This document shows, in pieces, positions 19,917 to 31,168 of a stretch of DNA of 64,000 nt. Origin of the DNA: an uncultured Candidatus Binatia bacterium. GTDB lineage: Bacteria > Desulfobacterota > Binatia > UBA9968 > CAXXLF01. The stretch's first letter is position 1, and every line of letters starts with the position of its first letter. A program made the translations under genes and the position numbers. Where the stretch lies: contig OZ244621.1 in NCBI GenBank assembly GCA_965218425.1, positions 736,001-800,000 of the forward strand, in the 5' to 3' direction. The notes below the pieces were generated by a model. That model worked only from the letters and a program-made list of their open reading frames with translations, made no database searches and had not been told where the DNA came from.

Positions 19917-20249
19917 TTAATGGCCCCGCACATCGTTCACGTACCGACCTTCGTTGAACCCGGTAAAGAAATGCTCAATTAACCGGTGATCGATGGCCTG
20001 TCCGCTCACGTCCGGTTCCAGATTTCTTTCCGCCACATAGGTTTGATGGCTGCCCTTATGAACCAGCACATGATACCAGGGCTTGTCCTTCGGCGGCTTC
20101 GATCGCGCAACAGTTTCATACCACTCCTCGGTTAACTGGAACTCAGGATCCACGTCCACAACGACACCCCGGTAATCGAACAGCTTGTGATGCACCAAAT
20201 CACCCACAGAAAATTGTGCTGTGGACGTCTTCGACCCTGATTCGTTCAT
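19917..20249 (-). CDS. hspQ: Heat shock protein HspQ (hemimethylated DNA-binding YccV-like)
   Basis: FSVGDLVHHKLFDYRGVVVDVDP, PWYHVLV, TYVAERNL. Confidence 0.88.
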   Translation of the reverse strand: MNESGSKTSTAQFSVGDLVHHKLFDYRGVVVDVDPEFQLTEEWYETVARSKPPKDKPWYHVLVHKGSHQTYVAERNLEPDVSGQAIDHRLIEHFFTGFNEGRYVNDVRGH

Positions 20250-20301
20250 CCAGACCTCCAACCAAAAGAATAATACCAAACAATGATCTAACTACCAGCC
20301 G

Positions 20302-20898
20302 CTACTCACCCAGGGCCGCAATACACTCTTCTCGTATACGCCAAATCTCTTCCCAGCCCCGATCCGCAGTGGCGTTCGCGTCACTCACCCATTTCCGCAT
20401 AAATCTTTGGTGCAAATTCACTTTGTGACTGCCAACCTGATCGGGATTAATTGTTTCCTCGCACAGGAATCGTTTGATGGGTTCGCTTGGAGTCACCCCA
20501 GACCGCGTCACATCCACTCGTATCCCCTGGCATATGAGATAACAGTGAGCTTCCGGTAAATAGGACAACCCATATGTTTGTAAGACACCACCGACACCTG
20601 GTGTATTTGCTTCGGACATCTCATAGATTCCGATCCTGAGAGCAACAGCAGCTTTCTGTTCCTTCGCTAATTGGGCAAGCAGTGCGTGCTTCGTACTGCA
20701 AGTTCCCCGCCCTTCTTTCAGTACCAACCGAAAGTCCGCCTTATCGGAATTCCGGCCGTAAGGGAGATGCTGAACATAGCGGGCGGCGCCGTGGAAATCG
20801 GTAACGCCCGCGGCAAGAAACTGAGCCGTCGCCTCACTTCCAGCCTTCAATTCAAAGTTAGGCAGCGATTCGAGAGATTCTAGCAAGGTGCTAATCAT
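20302..20898 (-). CDS. Conserved hypothetical protein (transglutaminase-like Cys-His-Asp)
   Basis: LPYGRN, GTCSTKHALL, PEAHCY, RVDVT motifs. Confidence 0.7.
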   Translation of the reverse strand: MISTLLESLESLPNFELKAGSEATAQFLAAGVTDFHGAARYVQHLPYGRNSDKADFRLVLKEGRGTCSTKHALLAQLAKEQKAAVALRIGIYEMSEANTPGVGGVLQTYGLSYLPEAHCYLICQGIRVDVTRSGVTPSEPIKRFLCEETINPDQVGSHKVNLHQRFMRKWVSDANATADRGWEEIWRIREECIAALGE

Positions 20899-20933
20899 TG
20901 TTATGCATGTCTGATACAGGTCAGCTATCCGTC

Positions 20934-21362
20934 TTACGCCAAGAGCTTCCCGAAACTAACGCGATCCTCAACCCGGTAGTCGAGTTGCCTGTAAAACTCG
21001 ATTACCTCAGCATTGGTGGCTCGAACCTGAAGGTTGAGCTTCGGGCAACCCAGGATTTTCAGTTGTGATTCCATCTCCTGCATCGTGGCGCGTCCAATCC
21101 CTTGCCTACGATATTCCGGGTTAACCGCGAGATGGTAGACCCAACCGCGAAACCCATCGAATCCTCCGATTACAGTCGCAACAATACCGTCGCTAAACTC
21201 TCCAACGAGGAATAAATCATGCTGGACGGCGAGTTTTCGTCGGATGACGAGAGTCGGGTCATTCCAAGGCGGATCGTCAGGAAACACCTCGCGCCACAAA
21301 GAAGTAACGGTGGCCTCGTCTCCTTCACGATACGGCCGAATTAAAAATGATTTTGTCTCCAT
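20934..21362 (-). CDS. GNAT family acetyltransferase (YpeA-like)
   Basis: PWNDP, GFDGFRGWVYHLAV, RRQGIG, CPKLNLQVR. Confidence 0.9.
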   Translation of the reverse strand: METKSFLIRPYREGDEATVTSLWREVFPDDPPWNDPTLVIRRKLAVQHDLFLVGEFSDGIVATVIGGFDGFRGWVYHLAVNPEYRRQGIGRATMQEMESQLKILGCPKLNLQVRATNAEVIEFYRQLDYRVEDRVSFGKLLA

Positions 21363-21666
21363 GATCTATTGCCATGCTTTGCCTGCTTACTATTATGACA
21401 CAGGTCAGGACATTACATCTTGGGTCGGCATACCCAGTTGGCCGCACTGTCCATGGCTGAGCAATTTTATTGCGATTCTAACAGGTTAGCCAGGAGGGTA
21501 AATCTTTGGTATCCCGAAAACAACCTGTAAGATACCCCCTCTTTGACGGCCCTTTCCCATGTGATATGGGTGTCTTTGTCAGGTGCCTTCACCAACGTTC
21601 AATAGGCTTCTCAGTGGCTTAAGGCCTAAGAGAGGGGGTTCGAGGTTACCTCGGAGGGTGGTGTAT

Positions 21667-22014
21667 ATGGATTTCCTCGATATCATTGCGGCAGTGATCA
21701 TCGGCGTCGTTGTATTTATAGGCTTCTACCTTTATGACCAATTCTATTTGAGCGATATTCTCATAAAATGGAAAGGCGTCCAGACAACAGCCGTTGTCAT
21801 GGACAGCACGACTGCGAGGACGCGGCTTTCCACCTTCGATCATTCACAACGTTATGCTCACTATATTACATATGAGTTCGCTGACACTACCGGAAAGAAG
21901 TGAACTAACACGAGAAGAGTTAGACCACATCATAGGCTCGCTAAAGTTGTTAAAGGAGCGAAGCTTCCCGCGTACTACTTGCCGGACCGTCCTGACAAAA
22001 GCACACCGGCGTGA
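21667..22014 (+). pseudogene. Small membrane protein (DUF3592-like) with in-frame TGA at 21901-21903
   Basis: TM helix, GVQTTAVV, HYITYEF.DTTG, and after the stop YYLPDRPDKS; paralogous to 24437..24659. Confidence 0.55.
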
Positions 22015-22076
22015 CGATGTGGATTGACGAATCGCCAATGAACGCGCCCATAGGGATCAGGATGCGAGGTAATTGA

Positions 22077-24224
22077 ATGTTCCGACTTCTAGTTGTTGTT
22101 ATCTCTTTAATACACAGTGCAGCCTGTCTCACTGCCGCTTATACGCAGGAATCTGCACCCACCTCCGATATCCAGTCAAATAAATCTAAAACGGAGCAAT
22201 TCGGAATACTCAGTGCAAAGGAGCTTCATGCGGAGCTGACCGGGAATACGTTTTACAGTACTCGCGGATGGCACTTTTATATTGCTCCGGAAGGCAAGGT
22301 TTACAGGAGAACTAATCAAGGTTCCTCACGCCTGGGGGACTGGTTTATTTCGATTGACGGAGAATATTGTAGACAATACGGACGACGGCCACGTTGTTTT
22401 ACCTGGGGGCAACGAGGTGAATGGTTTGAAATGGTCAGCTCGAATAAGCGTCGCAGACACGTTTTGAGACGCGTGACAGGCAACCCGGAAAATTATAGTC
22501 CCGAAGCTGTAACCGTAGAATCGTTGCCTTTACCCGCGCCACCTCCTCCAAAGGATATTTTTTATCGGTCTCCCTCACCCAAAATCCCAGTGGAAATTGC
22601 CTCGTTACTTGGAAAATGAGAAGGGGATTGGGACGGGAAACTCAATTTCTTCCTAATTGTTGAAAAAGTAGATTTGGAAAGCGCCAGAGTTATCTACGGG
22701 TGGGGAACCTATCCGCCTTGGAATATAAATAGAAGTGGTTACATGCGCCGTATCGCAAAAACCGTTACGTCTGATGACGGTCCATGGATAGAATTTAGCG
22801 GGAGAAGAAGAACATTTTCATTCCAATTGAGCGATGATCGACAGACGCTTAATGGGCATTCCTCACATTCTATCGAAATGCAAAGAACCCACGCTCCGGT
22901 TTTTGACAAGCAGGATTCGTCATACGCGGCCGCGAAACGAAAAACGGTAGCGTTTGTAAACGTCAATGTTGTACCGATGGACACAAACCAAGTGTTGGCT
23001 TCACAAACGGTGATTGTGCAGGATGGCCGCATTGCCCAGGTTGGTTCCATGAATCAGGTAAGGATCCCTAAATCTGCAGAATTGGTACAAGGGGAAGGAA
23101 AGGCCTACTTGATGCCCGGCTTGGCGGACATGCATGTTCATATACGGGATGGGAATGACCTAAGGCTGCTGATCGCTAATGGAGTTACAACGGTCAGGAA
23201 TATGAGCGGACGGGATTCTCATCTGCTCCTTAGAGAAGATGTGGCAGAAGGCCGTAGGGTTGGTCCCATGATCTATAGTGCAGGGCCGCTACTTGACGGT
23301 AGGCCTCCTATTTGGCGTAGGAGCCGTGTCGTCGAAACCAAAGAAGAGGCCTGGCGAGCGGTTTTCCAAACAAAGAAACGGGGATTTGATTTTGTTAAAG
23401 TCTATACCCGTCTCAGTCCAGAAGCATATGCTGCTATTGTTGAGAACGCTCGGAAATACAAGATTCCAGTTGTTGGACATGTGCCCATCAAGGTTGGTTT
23501 CTCGTCCGTTGTAAGGGCTGGACAACTCTCCGTGGAACATCTGGAAGGATCGATTGATGCGATGAATGATGTATGTTCATATTGCCGTCGAAGCCGAGAG
23601 TGGTCTTTCGAATTCGATGAGGAAAAACTCACCAACTACCTTGAAACGACAGTTAAGGCAGGGCTGTGGAACTGCCCTACTCTAGTTACTGACAAACCGG
23701 GGCAGTTAAGTGTCGATGTTCTCACTCAGGCACCGGAACTAAAATATGTTTTGGAATCTATAAAAGACCGGTGGCAAATTTTTGTAGAGCCAAAAGAGCA
23801 CAAAGAAAAACGGCAATATCTCGTCAGAAGACTTCATATGGCTGGAGCTGGGTTGTTGTTGGGAACTGATATGGGAGTACGGTACGTAATAGCGGGGTTT
23901 TCCATTCATGAGGAATTGCAGAGATTTGTGGACAGCGGGCTGACCCCTTATGAAGCCATCAAAACCGGAACCTACAACGCTGGGAAATTCATGAAAAAGC
24001 TAAATCAATTCGGCACCGTGGAGAAAGGGAAAGAGGCAGATCTGATTCTTATCAGAGGAAATCCGCTTGAGAATGTAGCCAACATCAAAAATCCCTTGGG
24101 CGTGATGGCCAAAGGGAGATGGTATCCCCAATCGATGTTGAAAAACATTCTAAAAGACGTGGAAAGAGAAGTGGCCGAGCAGAATAAAGCGGATAGAGCT
24201 GCGAAACCTAAAAACGTGCAATAG
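22077..24224 (+). pseudogene. Secreted multidomain amidohydrolase (amidohydro_1) split by in-frame TGA at 22617-22619
   Basis: ORFs 22077..22619 and 22674..24224 are in frame with no other stop (LLGK*EGDWDG); signal peptide; PGLADMHVH, GVTTVR, VKVY, GHVP, EH, GTD motifs. Confidence 0.75.
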
Positions 24225-24436
24225 TGATAGGCTTAGAGCTGTTGTGATTCCAACCCGTTAGGATGGAGGCAAATGGTTCGGGTTCGGAACAACAACAGAC
24301 GAAGTCATCTCTTTGTGATAGGATGTTCCCATGTGATATGGGTGCTGTTATCCTTCGTCTTGGCCAGAATTGATTACGTCCTTCGACACAGCGAGGTCCA
24401 AGAAAAGGGGTTCTCAGGGTCCGTGGGGTGAGTTGC

Positions 24437-24659
24437 ATGGATCTTTTTGATTTCATTGTTGCCAAGGATTTTTCCGCCAAGGCTCAGCGAAGTAAACCCG
24501 TCTCATTTTATCACTTATGAGTTTTTAGATACTCATGGCCACAAGCGGCATAAGTCGAAGTTGGTCAAATGGGACCATAGACTAGCTAAGGCTGATAAAG
24601 ACACACAGATTTCTATATATTTTCTGCCGAAACACCTTAGCAGGAGCACGTTAGCGTAG
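24437..24659 (+). pseudogene. Degenerate second copy of the DUF3592-like gene (internal deletion and frameshift)
   Basis: MDLFDFI... then shifted HFITYEFLDTHG...HRLAK...YFLP..RSTLA aligns by eye to 21667..22014. Confidence 0.55.
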
Positions 24660-24744
24660 AAATCGATCGAAAGAAAAATCGATTTAGAGCCGTAGAGTAA
24701 TCACTTGACGCAGAGTGGTTGGGCTTCCAATTAAGTGTAGGCCC

Positions 24745-25008
24745 TGCTGACCTGTCCCGAAACCTAAATCCGAAAGATGTGAGGAATGCTTTTTATCCGG
24801 ACAAACATGGGTGGAATTACGTGTTTGCCGCACCTGCGGCCATGTAGGATGTTGTGACAGCACATCGGGTAGACATGCTACAGCACATTATCATGAGACC
24901 AAGCGTCTTACCATGCAGTCTTTCGAATCCGGAGACGATTGGGGTTGGTGCTACGAGGACGGAAAAGGAATCGGTTCGTTGCCAGTCGCTAGGCAGGACC
25001 ACGCTTGA
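24745..25008 (+). pseudogene. UBP-type zinc finger protein, frameshifted
   Basis: PKSERCEEC in one frame, WVELRVCRTCGHVGCCDS..RHATAHYHET..SFESGDDWGWCYED in another. Confidence 0.7.
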
Positions 25009-25339
25009 ACGCCTTTTCATTGATGGCTAGCTTCGTGCCGAGCCAGAGAGAACGGATCAGATGATCTCCATAACCGTCACTCGTGCTGGGGTGTACAAGG
25101 ACGTCCAGCCCCTCGCGATTGAGCATCAACCAGGGCACGATTTCAGCGAATTCTTTTGGTAGAAACTCAACTTGATACATGCCCTTGGTGTGCGGCCCCA
25201 CAGGCTCGTCATGCCAGCTACCAAGCTTTGCGTCGAACCTCTCAAGCCCATTTCGTACTCGGGCTGCCACCTCACGAGTGTCAGGATCATAATAAACGTG
25301 AGCGTGATATTTGGTAATCTCTATTGTGTCTTGCTTCAT
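24989..25339 (-). CDS. DOPA 4,5-dioxygenase family protein
   Basis: YHAHVYY, PVGPH, WLMLNR.GL.VLVHP, DH, WLG. Confidence 0.9.
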   Translation of the reverse strand: MKQDTIEITKYHAHVYYDPDTREVAARVRNGLERFDAKLGSWHDEPVGPHTKGMYQVEFLPKEFAEIVPWLMLNREGLDVLVHPSTSDGYGDHLIRSLWLGTKLAINEKAFKRGPA

Positions 25340-25375
25340 GGGCCCCCCTGATTGGCCTGCTCAGAGAAACTCAAT

Positions 25376-26347
25376 CTACCCCAGTTCCTTTGCCATTTCC
25401 TTGGCGAAATAGGTGAGGATAATATCGGCCCCGGCGCGCTTTATAGAGATGAGGAGTTCGGCCATGATCCGCTTTTCGTCGATCCAATCGTTTTTACCGG
25501 CAGCCTTGACCATAGAGTACTCGCCGCTGACATTATAGGCAGCCACGGGATAGCCAAACCTCTGTTTAACGCGGTAGATGACGTCGAGATAGGCCATGGC
25601 AGGTTTCACCATGACGATATCCGCCCCCTCACGGATATCCAATGCCACTTCCCTCAAGGCCTCATCGGTGTTTGCTGGGTCCATCTGATAGGCACGGCGG
25701 TCGCCAAATTGGGGAGTGGACTCTGCCGCCTCCTGGAAGGGGCCGTAGAAACCTGACGCGTACTTTGCCGCATAGGCCATGATTGCCACCTGGGAGAAAC
25801 CGTTCTGATCCAACACAGTACGGATTGCCCCAACCCTTCCATCCATCATGTCCGACGGCGCAACCATGTCGGCACCGGCCTGGGCGTGGGAAAGGGCCTC
25901 CTTGGCCAAGAGTTCGAGGGTCGCGTCGTTGTCCACCTCACCGCCCTCAATGACTCCACAGTGGCCGTGGTCGGTATATTCGCACAGGCATACATCTGTG
26001 ATCACCAAAAGACCCGGGACTTTTTCCTTGATCTCCCTAATGGCGTTCTGCACCACGCCGGCGGCGGCATAGGCCTGCGAACCCACAGCATCTTTACCAT
26101 CGGGAATGCCAAAGAGGATCACGCCTGGGATACCAAGGGAATCGACTTCCTGGCAATCCTTAACAATACGGTCCACCGATTGCTGAGCGACACCGGGCAT
26201 GCCGGCGACGGAAATGACTCGATCCTTGCCCGGGCAAACAAAAAGCGGATATATAAAGTCGCTTTTATTTAAAGTAATTTCACGCATTAACTGCCGTAGT
26301 TTTTCATTTCTCCTGAGTCGTCGGGGTCGGTACTTGGGAAAATCCAT
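25376..26347 (-). CDS. hemB: Porphobilinogen synthase
   Basis: [40 protein letters not shown]. Confidence 0.97.
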   Translation of the reverse strand: MDFPKYRPRRLRRNEKLRQLMREITLNKSDFIYPLFVCPGKDRVISVAGMPGVAQQSVDRIVKDCQEVDSLGIPGVILFGIPDGKDAVGSQAYAAAGVVQNAIREIKEKVPGLLVITDVCLCEYTDHGHCGVIEGGEVDNDATLELLAKEALSHAQAGADMVAPSDMMDGRVGAIRTVLDQNGFSQVAIMAYAAKYASGFYGPFQEAAESTPQFGDRRAYQMDPANTDEALREVALDIREGADIVMVKPAMAYLDVIYRVKQRFGYPVAAYNVSGEYSMVKAAGKNDWIDEKRIMAELLISIKRAGADIILTYFAKEMAKELG

Positions 26348-26363
26348 TACACCCTCCGAACCT

Positions 26364-28106
26364 TCAGTGAACCTTTCCCGGACCGGTAGTGAAGTACTCT
26401 ACCATGGCCTCGATCAAGCCAGGCACGGTATACTCTTTCGCCAGGACATCAACTCGAATCCCATTTGACTCCGCGGTACCCTTGGTGATGGGACCAATAC
26501 ATGCTACAGCCACTACGTTAAAGAACTTCCTCATTTCCACTGGCGAAATTAGATCTACAAAATGTTTGACCGTGCTCGAGCTTGTGAAGGCGATCATATC
26601 TACCTTATGCTCCGACATCACTCCGCTTAGTATGGCCGCGCTGCCCTTGGCCGGCACGGTGCGATAGGCCTGGACCACATCCACTTCCGCACCCCATTTC
26701 TTTAACGTCCTGGGTAGAATGTCACGAGCCGTAGCCGCCCGTGGCAAAAGAAACCGTTTGCCCTCCACTTCAGCAGGATTGAGCCCAAGCAGGATGCCCT
26801 CGGCCCGGTACTCCGCGGGAACGAACTCCACTTGAATGCCATGGGAGGCAATCTCTCTGGCCGTCTCCGGCCCTATGGCGGCAAGGCGAATACCTTCGAG
26901 AGCAGAGCCATCCTTTCCCAAACACTGCAAGCGATTTAAAAACTCTCTCACGCCGTTGACGCTGGTAAAGACGATCCAATCATACTCCTCAAGGCCCTGA
27001 ATGGTCCGGTCCAATGGCACATAACTCTCCGGAGGAATAACCTCGATTGTAGGACATTCGATGACCTCGGCGCCTAGATCTTCCAACCCACGCACAAAGG
27101 AACCCGACTGAAGTCGTGGACGCGTGATCATGACACAGCGGCCATATAGCGGCTTAGGTCCAACCTTAGACTTACCCTTGGAAACGACATTCTCTCCGTC
27201 CAGCAAGTCATCCGCCCCCTGGTTCAAGAGCCGCTCGGCCAATTCATGCCCTAGTCTTTCGGCGTCCTGCGGCTTTCCCTCCACCTCACCTCTCACAAGC
27301 CTCTTACCGCCCGTATCGCCCACGACTCCCATGAGCTTTAATTTGCTTCCATTCACATATCCCCGTGCCCCAATCGGAACCTGGCACCCTCCCCCCAGAC
27401 GCCTAAGAAACGCCCTCTCCGCCTGTACCTCCATGGCACTGGAGTCGTGATGCAGACATGTCAGCACTTGATTCACCGGATCACCGTCTCGTGTCTCTAA
27501 ACCCAAAGCGCCTTGCCCCACCGCGCTCAAACAAACGTCTAGAGAAAGATATTCGCTAACTCGATCCTGCTTTCCTATCCGCTTAAGGCCAGCAACCGCC
27601 ATAATAAGGCCATCCACTTCGCCCCGATCCAGCTTTTTGAGACGAGTGTCCACATTTCCCCTGATGGGAATCACTTCCAGGTCCGGGCGATGGTGGAGGA
27701 TTTGGGACTGCCGGCGCGAGCTCCCCGTTCCAACTTTCGAACCCCTGGGCAAGTCCTCCAAAGACCTCTGGTATCCGCTCACCAGTGCATCACGTGGATC
27801 CTCTCGTTCCGTGATGGTCGTCACGCTCAGACCCGCGGGAATTTCCGTGGGAAGATCCTTCATGGAATGAACTGCCAGATCGATCTTTTTTTGCCGCAGA
27901 GCGTCTTCAATCTCCTTGACGAAGATCCCCTTTCCCTCAATGGCCTTGATCGGGCTAGCGAGAAAACGATCACCGCTAGTCTTGATCTTGATAATTTCGA
28001 CTTTGATACCCGGATGAGCCTCCTCCAGCTTGCGCTTCACCCATGCCGATTGGGCCAAGGCAAGTGTGCTTCCTCGAGTACCGATGCGAATGATATTCTT
28101 TTCCAT
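26364..28106 (-). CDS. hemC: Hydroxymethylbilane synthase fused to uroporphyrinogen-III synthase (HemC-HemD)
   Basis: N-terminal ~300 aa: GTRGSxLA, HSMKD, GSSRR, RGNVDTR, GGCQVP. C-terminal part: KPLYG..ITRP, FTSVNGV, AIGPET, FTSSSTV, CIGP. Confidence 0.92.
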   Translation of the reverse strand: MEKNIIRIGTRGSTLALAQSAWVKRKLEEAHPGIKVEIIKIKTSGDRFLASPIKAIEGKGIFVKEIEDALRQKKIDLAVHSMKDLPTEIPAGLSVTTITEREDPRDALVSGYQRSLEDLPRGSKVGTGSSRRQSQILHHRPDLEVIPIRGNVDTRLKKLDRGEVDGLIMAVAGLKRIGKQDRVSEYLSLDVCLSAVGQGALGLETRDGDPVNQVLTCLHHDSSAMEVQAERAFLRRLGGGCQVPIGARGYVNGSKLKLMGVVGDTGGKRLVRGEVEGKPQDAERLGHELAERLLNQGADDLLDGENVVSKGKSKVGPKPLYGRCVMITRPRLQSGSFVRGLEDLGAEVIECPTIEVIPPESYVPLDRTIQGLEEYDWIVFTSVNGVREFLNRLQCLGKDGSALEGIRLAAIGPETAREIASHGIQVEFVPAEYRAEGILLGLNPAEVEGKRFLLPRAATARDILPRTLKKWGAEVDVVQAYRTVPAKGSAAILSGVMSEHKVDMIAFTSSSTVKHFVDLISPVEMRKFFNVVAVACIGPITKGTAESNGIRVDVLAKEYTVPGLIEAMVEYFTTGPGKVH

Positions 28107-28123
28107 GATGAGTCTACTTCAAA

Positions 28124-29431
28124 CTACTTCAAATCTTCATCCTCATCTTCTTCTTCATGTTTTTCCTCCACATCAAAGAGCTTTTTGAGGGTTTCAACGT
28201 AAAGGGATTCATCCTCAGGCCGCGTCTTTAGGTGAGTCAAGGGGGCATGGAGGATCTTGTTGATCATGGCCGAGGTCATATCCTCCAGGGCCTGCTTCTC
28301 CCGATCCGAAATCCCTTTCAGAGTTGTGGTCAGGGACTTATACAATTCCCTCTGCCGAACCTCTTCAAACCTCTCCTTCAAGGCCACGATGGTTGGCACC
28401 TGGTCGAGTGAATTCAGCCAGCGGCTGAAACTCACCACTTCCTCATCAACGATTTCCTCCGCCTTGTCGGTCTCGCTTTCCCTGCCCTGAAGATTTACTT
28501 TTGAAACTTCATCCAGGTCGTCGATGTGGTAGAGATAAACATTGTCAATCTCATTGATCTTTGGATCAAAGTTTCGTGGAACGCCAAGGTCAATGAAAAA
28601 CATGGCCCCTTGCTTCCTCGCTTTCAATACCTCCGCCACGGTCTCTGCTCGCAAAATAAATTCGGGCGACTCAGTGGAACCCACAACCACATCGGCGAGT
28701 TTGAGGTATTGGTGAAAGTCTTCAAAACGGATAGGGCTGGCCTGAAATTCTTCCGCCAGGTTGACGGCTCGATCAAAGGTTCGGTTGGAAATCATCACCC
28801 CTCGAATCCCGTTTTCAATGAGGTTGCGAACCACCAGTTCACCGATCCTTCCAGCTCCGATGACCATGACCGTCTTTCCCTCCAAACGATCAAAGATACG
28901 CTTGGCCAGATCCACGGCCACTGAACTGACGGAAACCGGACGGCTCGCGATACCCGTCTCACTGCGAACTTTTTTTGCCACTGAGAAGGAGCGATGGAAG
29001 AGACGATGCAAGATCCTTCCCACCGTCCCTGCCTCCTGTGCGGCAAGGTAATAATCCTTCATCTGTCCTAGAATTTGCGGTTCCCCAACCACCATGGAGT
29101 CGAGGCTGGCAGCGACGCGAAACAGATGACGAATTGCCAACTCCCCTGAGTAAGTGTAGAGATGATTTTCCCCCACCGCTCTCTCTTCTACCGGTTCCTG
29201 TTCCACAAGGAATTTTTTTATATCCTGAACCGCCGTTCCTTCTTGGGAACAAACTGCCAGGACCTCCACCCGATTGCAGGTGGAGAGAATGACCCCTTCC
29301 TCCAGCGAGGAGTGAGACATCAACCGTTGTAGGGACTCGGCCAGCGCCGATTGATTAAAAGCCACCTTCTCCCGTACCTCAACAGGGGCGGTGCGGTGAT
29401 TGAGACCCACAACTGTGACCTTTTTCTTCAT
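28124..29431 (-). CDS. hemA: Glutamyl-tRNA reductase
   Basis: GLNHRTAP, LSTCNR, SLDSMVVGEPQILGQ, GAG, DLGVPR. Confidence 0.97.
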   Translation of the reverse strand: MKKKVTVVGLNHRTAPVEVREKVAFNQSALAESLQRLMSHSSLEEGVILSTCNRVEVLAVCSQEGTAVQDIKKFLVEQEPVEERAVGENHLYTYSGELAIRHLFRVAASLDSMVVGEPQILGQMKDYYLAAQEAGTVGRILHRLFHRSFSVAKKVRSETGIASRPVSVSSVAVDLAKRIFDRLEGKTVMVIGAGRIGELVVRNLIENGIRGVMISNRTFDRAVNLAEEFQASPIRFEDFHQYLKLADVVVGSTESPEFILRAETVAEVLKARKQGAMFFIDLGVPRNFDPKINEIDNVYLYHIDDLDEVSKVNLQGRESETDKAEEIVDEEVVSFSRWLNSLDQVPTIVALKERFEEVRQRELYKSLTTTLKGISDREKQALEDMTSAMINKILHAPLTHLKTRPEDESLYVETLKKLFDVEEKHEEEDEDEDLK

Positions 29432-29433
29432 CT

Positions 29434-30255
29434 TTACTCAAATCTGCCGCCGTGACGACTGGCGAAGATAAGATCTCCCCAAAGAAAATAACCCAGCACC
29501 ACGGCGAAACCCACGATGGTCCAAAAGGCTGCTTTCTTTCCACGCCACCCCGCGGTGATCCGACCGTGGAGCAATCCCCCATAAAGGATCCAGGTAATGG
29601 CCGAAGAGATCTGACGTGGCTCCCAGGACCAATAGTCGCCCCAATGAATCCGAGCCCACAGGCTCCCCGTAATGATGCCCAAGGTCATGAAGGGGAACCC
29701 CCAGACTAAAAACACATAGTTGAGACGGTCCAAAGTTTCCAGGGACGAAAAGTGTTTGTAGAAAATAATGGCCTTCTTACTTTTCAGTTCATATTCCTGC
29801 AGCAAGTACATAACGCTGACCCCAAAGGCCAGCGCAAAAACAGCATTTCCCAAAAAGGCCAGGGTCACGTGGAGGGGAAGCCAATAGGTCCTGAGAGAAG
29901 GCGGAAGTTCCTCAACCCCGGTTCCAAAGGCAAAAGCCCCCACCGACATAAGGAACGCCAGGGGGCTTATGAGGCAGCCCAGAACAGTCAAACGGTACTT
30001 GAGCTGGACCAGAAGATAGACCCCCGCCATTAGCCAGCTATAAAAAGATAGTGCCTCCCGGAGCTGGGTTACGGCGGGATAACCCGCATTAACAAAATAA
30101 ACTCCAAGGGCGATGGAGTGAACTATAAAGCCGCCTAGCAATGCGAGGGGGGAGAGACGAGAAAAGGGTTCCCGGGGGACAAACAGGTAAACGATAAAGC
30201 TCGCCGTTGCCAGGAGATAGATAACCGCAGTGAGTTGTAGCAAGAGGTTGCCCAT
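29434..30255 (-). CDS. ccsA: Cytochrome c biogenesis protein CcsA/ResC-like (HemX-like)
   Basis: Multiple TM helices, WLPLH, WWD-type motif GSLWARIHWGDYWSWEPR; upstream of hemA. Confidence 0.85.
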   Translation of the reverse strand: MGNLLLQLTAVIYLLATASFIVYLFVPREPFSRLSPLALLGGFIVHSIALGVYFVNAGYPAVTQLREALSFYSWLMAGVYLLVQLKYRLTVLGCLISPLAFLMSVGAFAFGTGVEELPPSLRTYWLPLHVTLAFLGNAVFALAFGVSVMYLLQEYELKSKKAIIFYKHFSSLETLDRLNYVFLVWGFPFMTLGIITGSLWARIHWGDYWSWEPRQISSAITWILYGGLLHGRITAGWRGKKAAFWTIVGFAVVLGYFLWGDLIFASRHGGRFE

Positions 30256-30316
30256 GGGTAACTTATTATACCCTATCTCCTAGTCTGCTCAAATTGCAGG
30301 GTCCTTGGAAAAGCGC

Positions 30317-31168
30317 TCATTGGGCTCGCTTTGCCTGCAAGATGAGTCGTGCCCGTTCCCCCAGTACAGCTACCAAGTGACCCATCTTGGGATGGTCGGG
30401 CTCGAGGTCCACCCGCAAACCATGATTTTCGAGGGCCTCAGTACAGACGGGACCGATGGAGGCAAGGAGCAGCTGGCCCATGGCTTGGGTTAATCGTTGA
30501 TCTACTTTCTCTTCTCGGGCCACCTGAAACAGATGGTCCACTTGAGTCGCATTGGTAAAAAGAACGATATCCGCCTGGGCATCCACAATACTGCCAATGG
30601 CCGATCGAAGGGGGCCGGTATCCTCAGGGAGAGCCCATCGGTAGACGGCCACTCGATACACCTTGGCACCACGCGACTCGAGACCCGTGAGGAGCTCCCG
30701 ATTGGTGATACCATATTCCTGCACGGCCACTCGTTTCCCCCTGATTTCTGTTTTGCTTTCCAGCTCAGCCAGTAACTCGCGCCATGTATTAGGCTCTGGA
30801 GCACTGATGGCCGGCATCAACCCCAATTCTTTGAGCGCCGCCGCCGGTTTCGGCCCGCGGACAATCAAGGTTGTTTTCTGAAAGGCCGCGCTGACCTTTT
30901 CCCGTGAGTACCTGCCCGCCACGGCTTCCACCAGAGTACGGGTGCCAACGCCCGTTAAGAGAATCAAATATTCGAAGGCGCCCGCCTCCAGCCGGCCAAT
31001 AAATTCAACCGCTGCTCTATTTTCACTCAGCGGGATCTCACGCATGGATGGCGCGATGATGGGCTCACCGCCGTAGTTGCGAATGAGCTCGGCCATTTCG
31101 CGCGCGCGGCGGCTCTCAAAGGAAACGATCCGCAGCCCTTCAAGGCTGGATTTGCGCAGGGACTCCAT
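30317..31168 (-). CDS. hemD: Stand-alone uroporphyrinogen-III synthase
   Basis: ESRRA, LTGVG, RGPKP, PEPNTW, QEYG, VYRW, SIGP, HPKMG. Confidence 0.82.
   Translation of the reverse strand: MESLRKSSLEGLRIVSFESRRAREMAELIRNYGGEPIIAPSMREIPLSENRAAVEFIGRLEAGAFEYLILLTGVGTRTLVEAVAGRYSREKVSAAFQKTTLIVRGPKPAAALKELGLMPAISAPEPNTWRELLAELESKTEIRGKRVAVQEYGITNRELLTGLESRGAKVYRVAVYRWALPEDTGPLRSAIGSIVDAQADIVLFTNATQVDHLFQVAREEKVDQRLTQAMGQLLLASIGPVCTEALENHGLRVDLEPDHPKMGHLVAVLGERARLILQAKRAQ

Noticed and set aside
21901..21903. TGA in the DUF3592-like gene as selenocysteine
   Set aside because: The paralogue has Arg/His at this region, there is no redox Cys context, and no convincing SECIS; CGA>TGA or TGG>TGA is simpler
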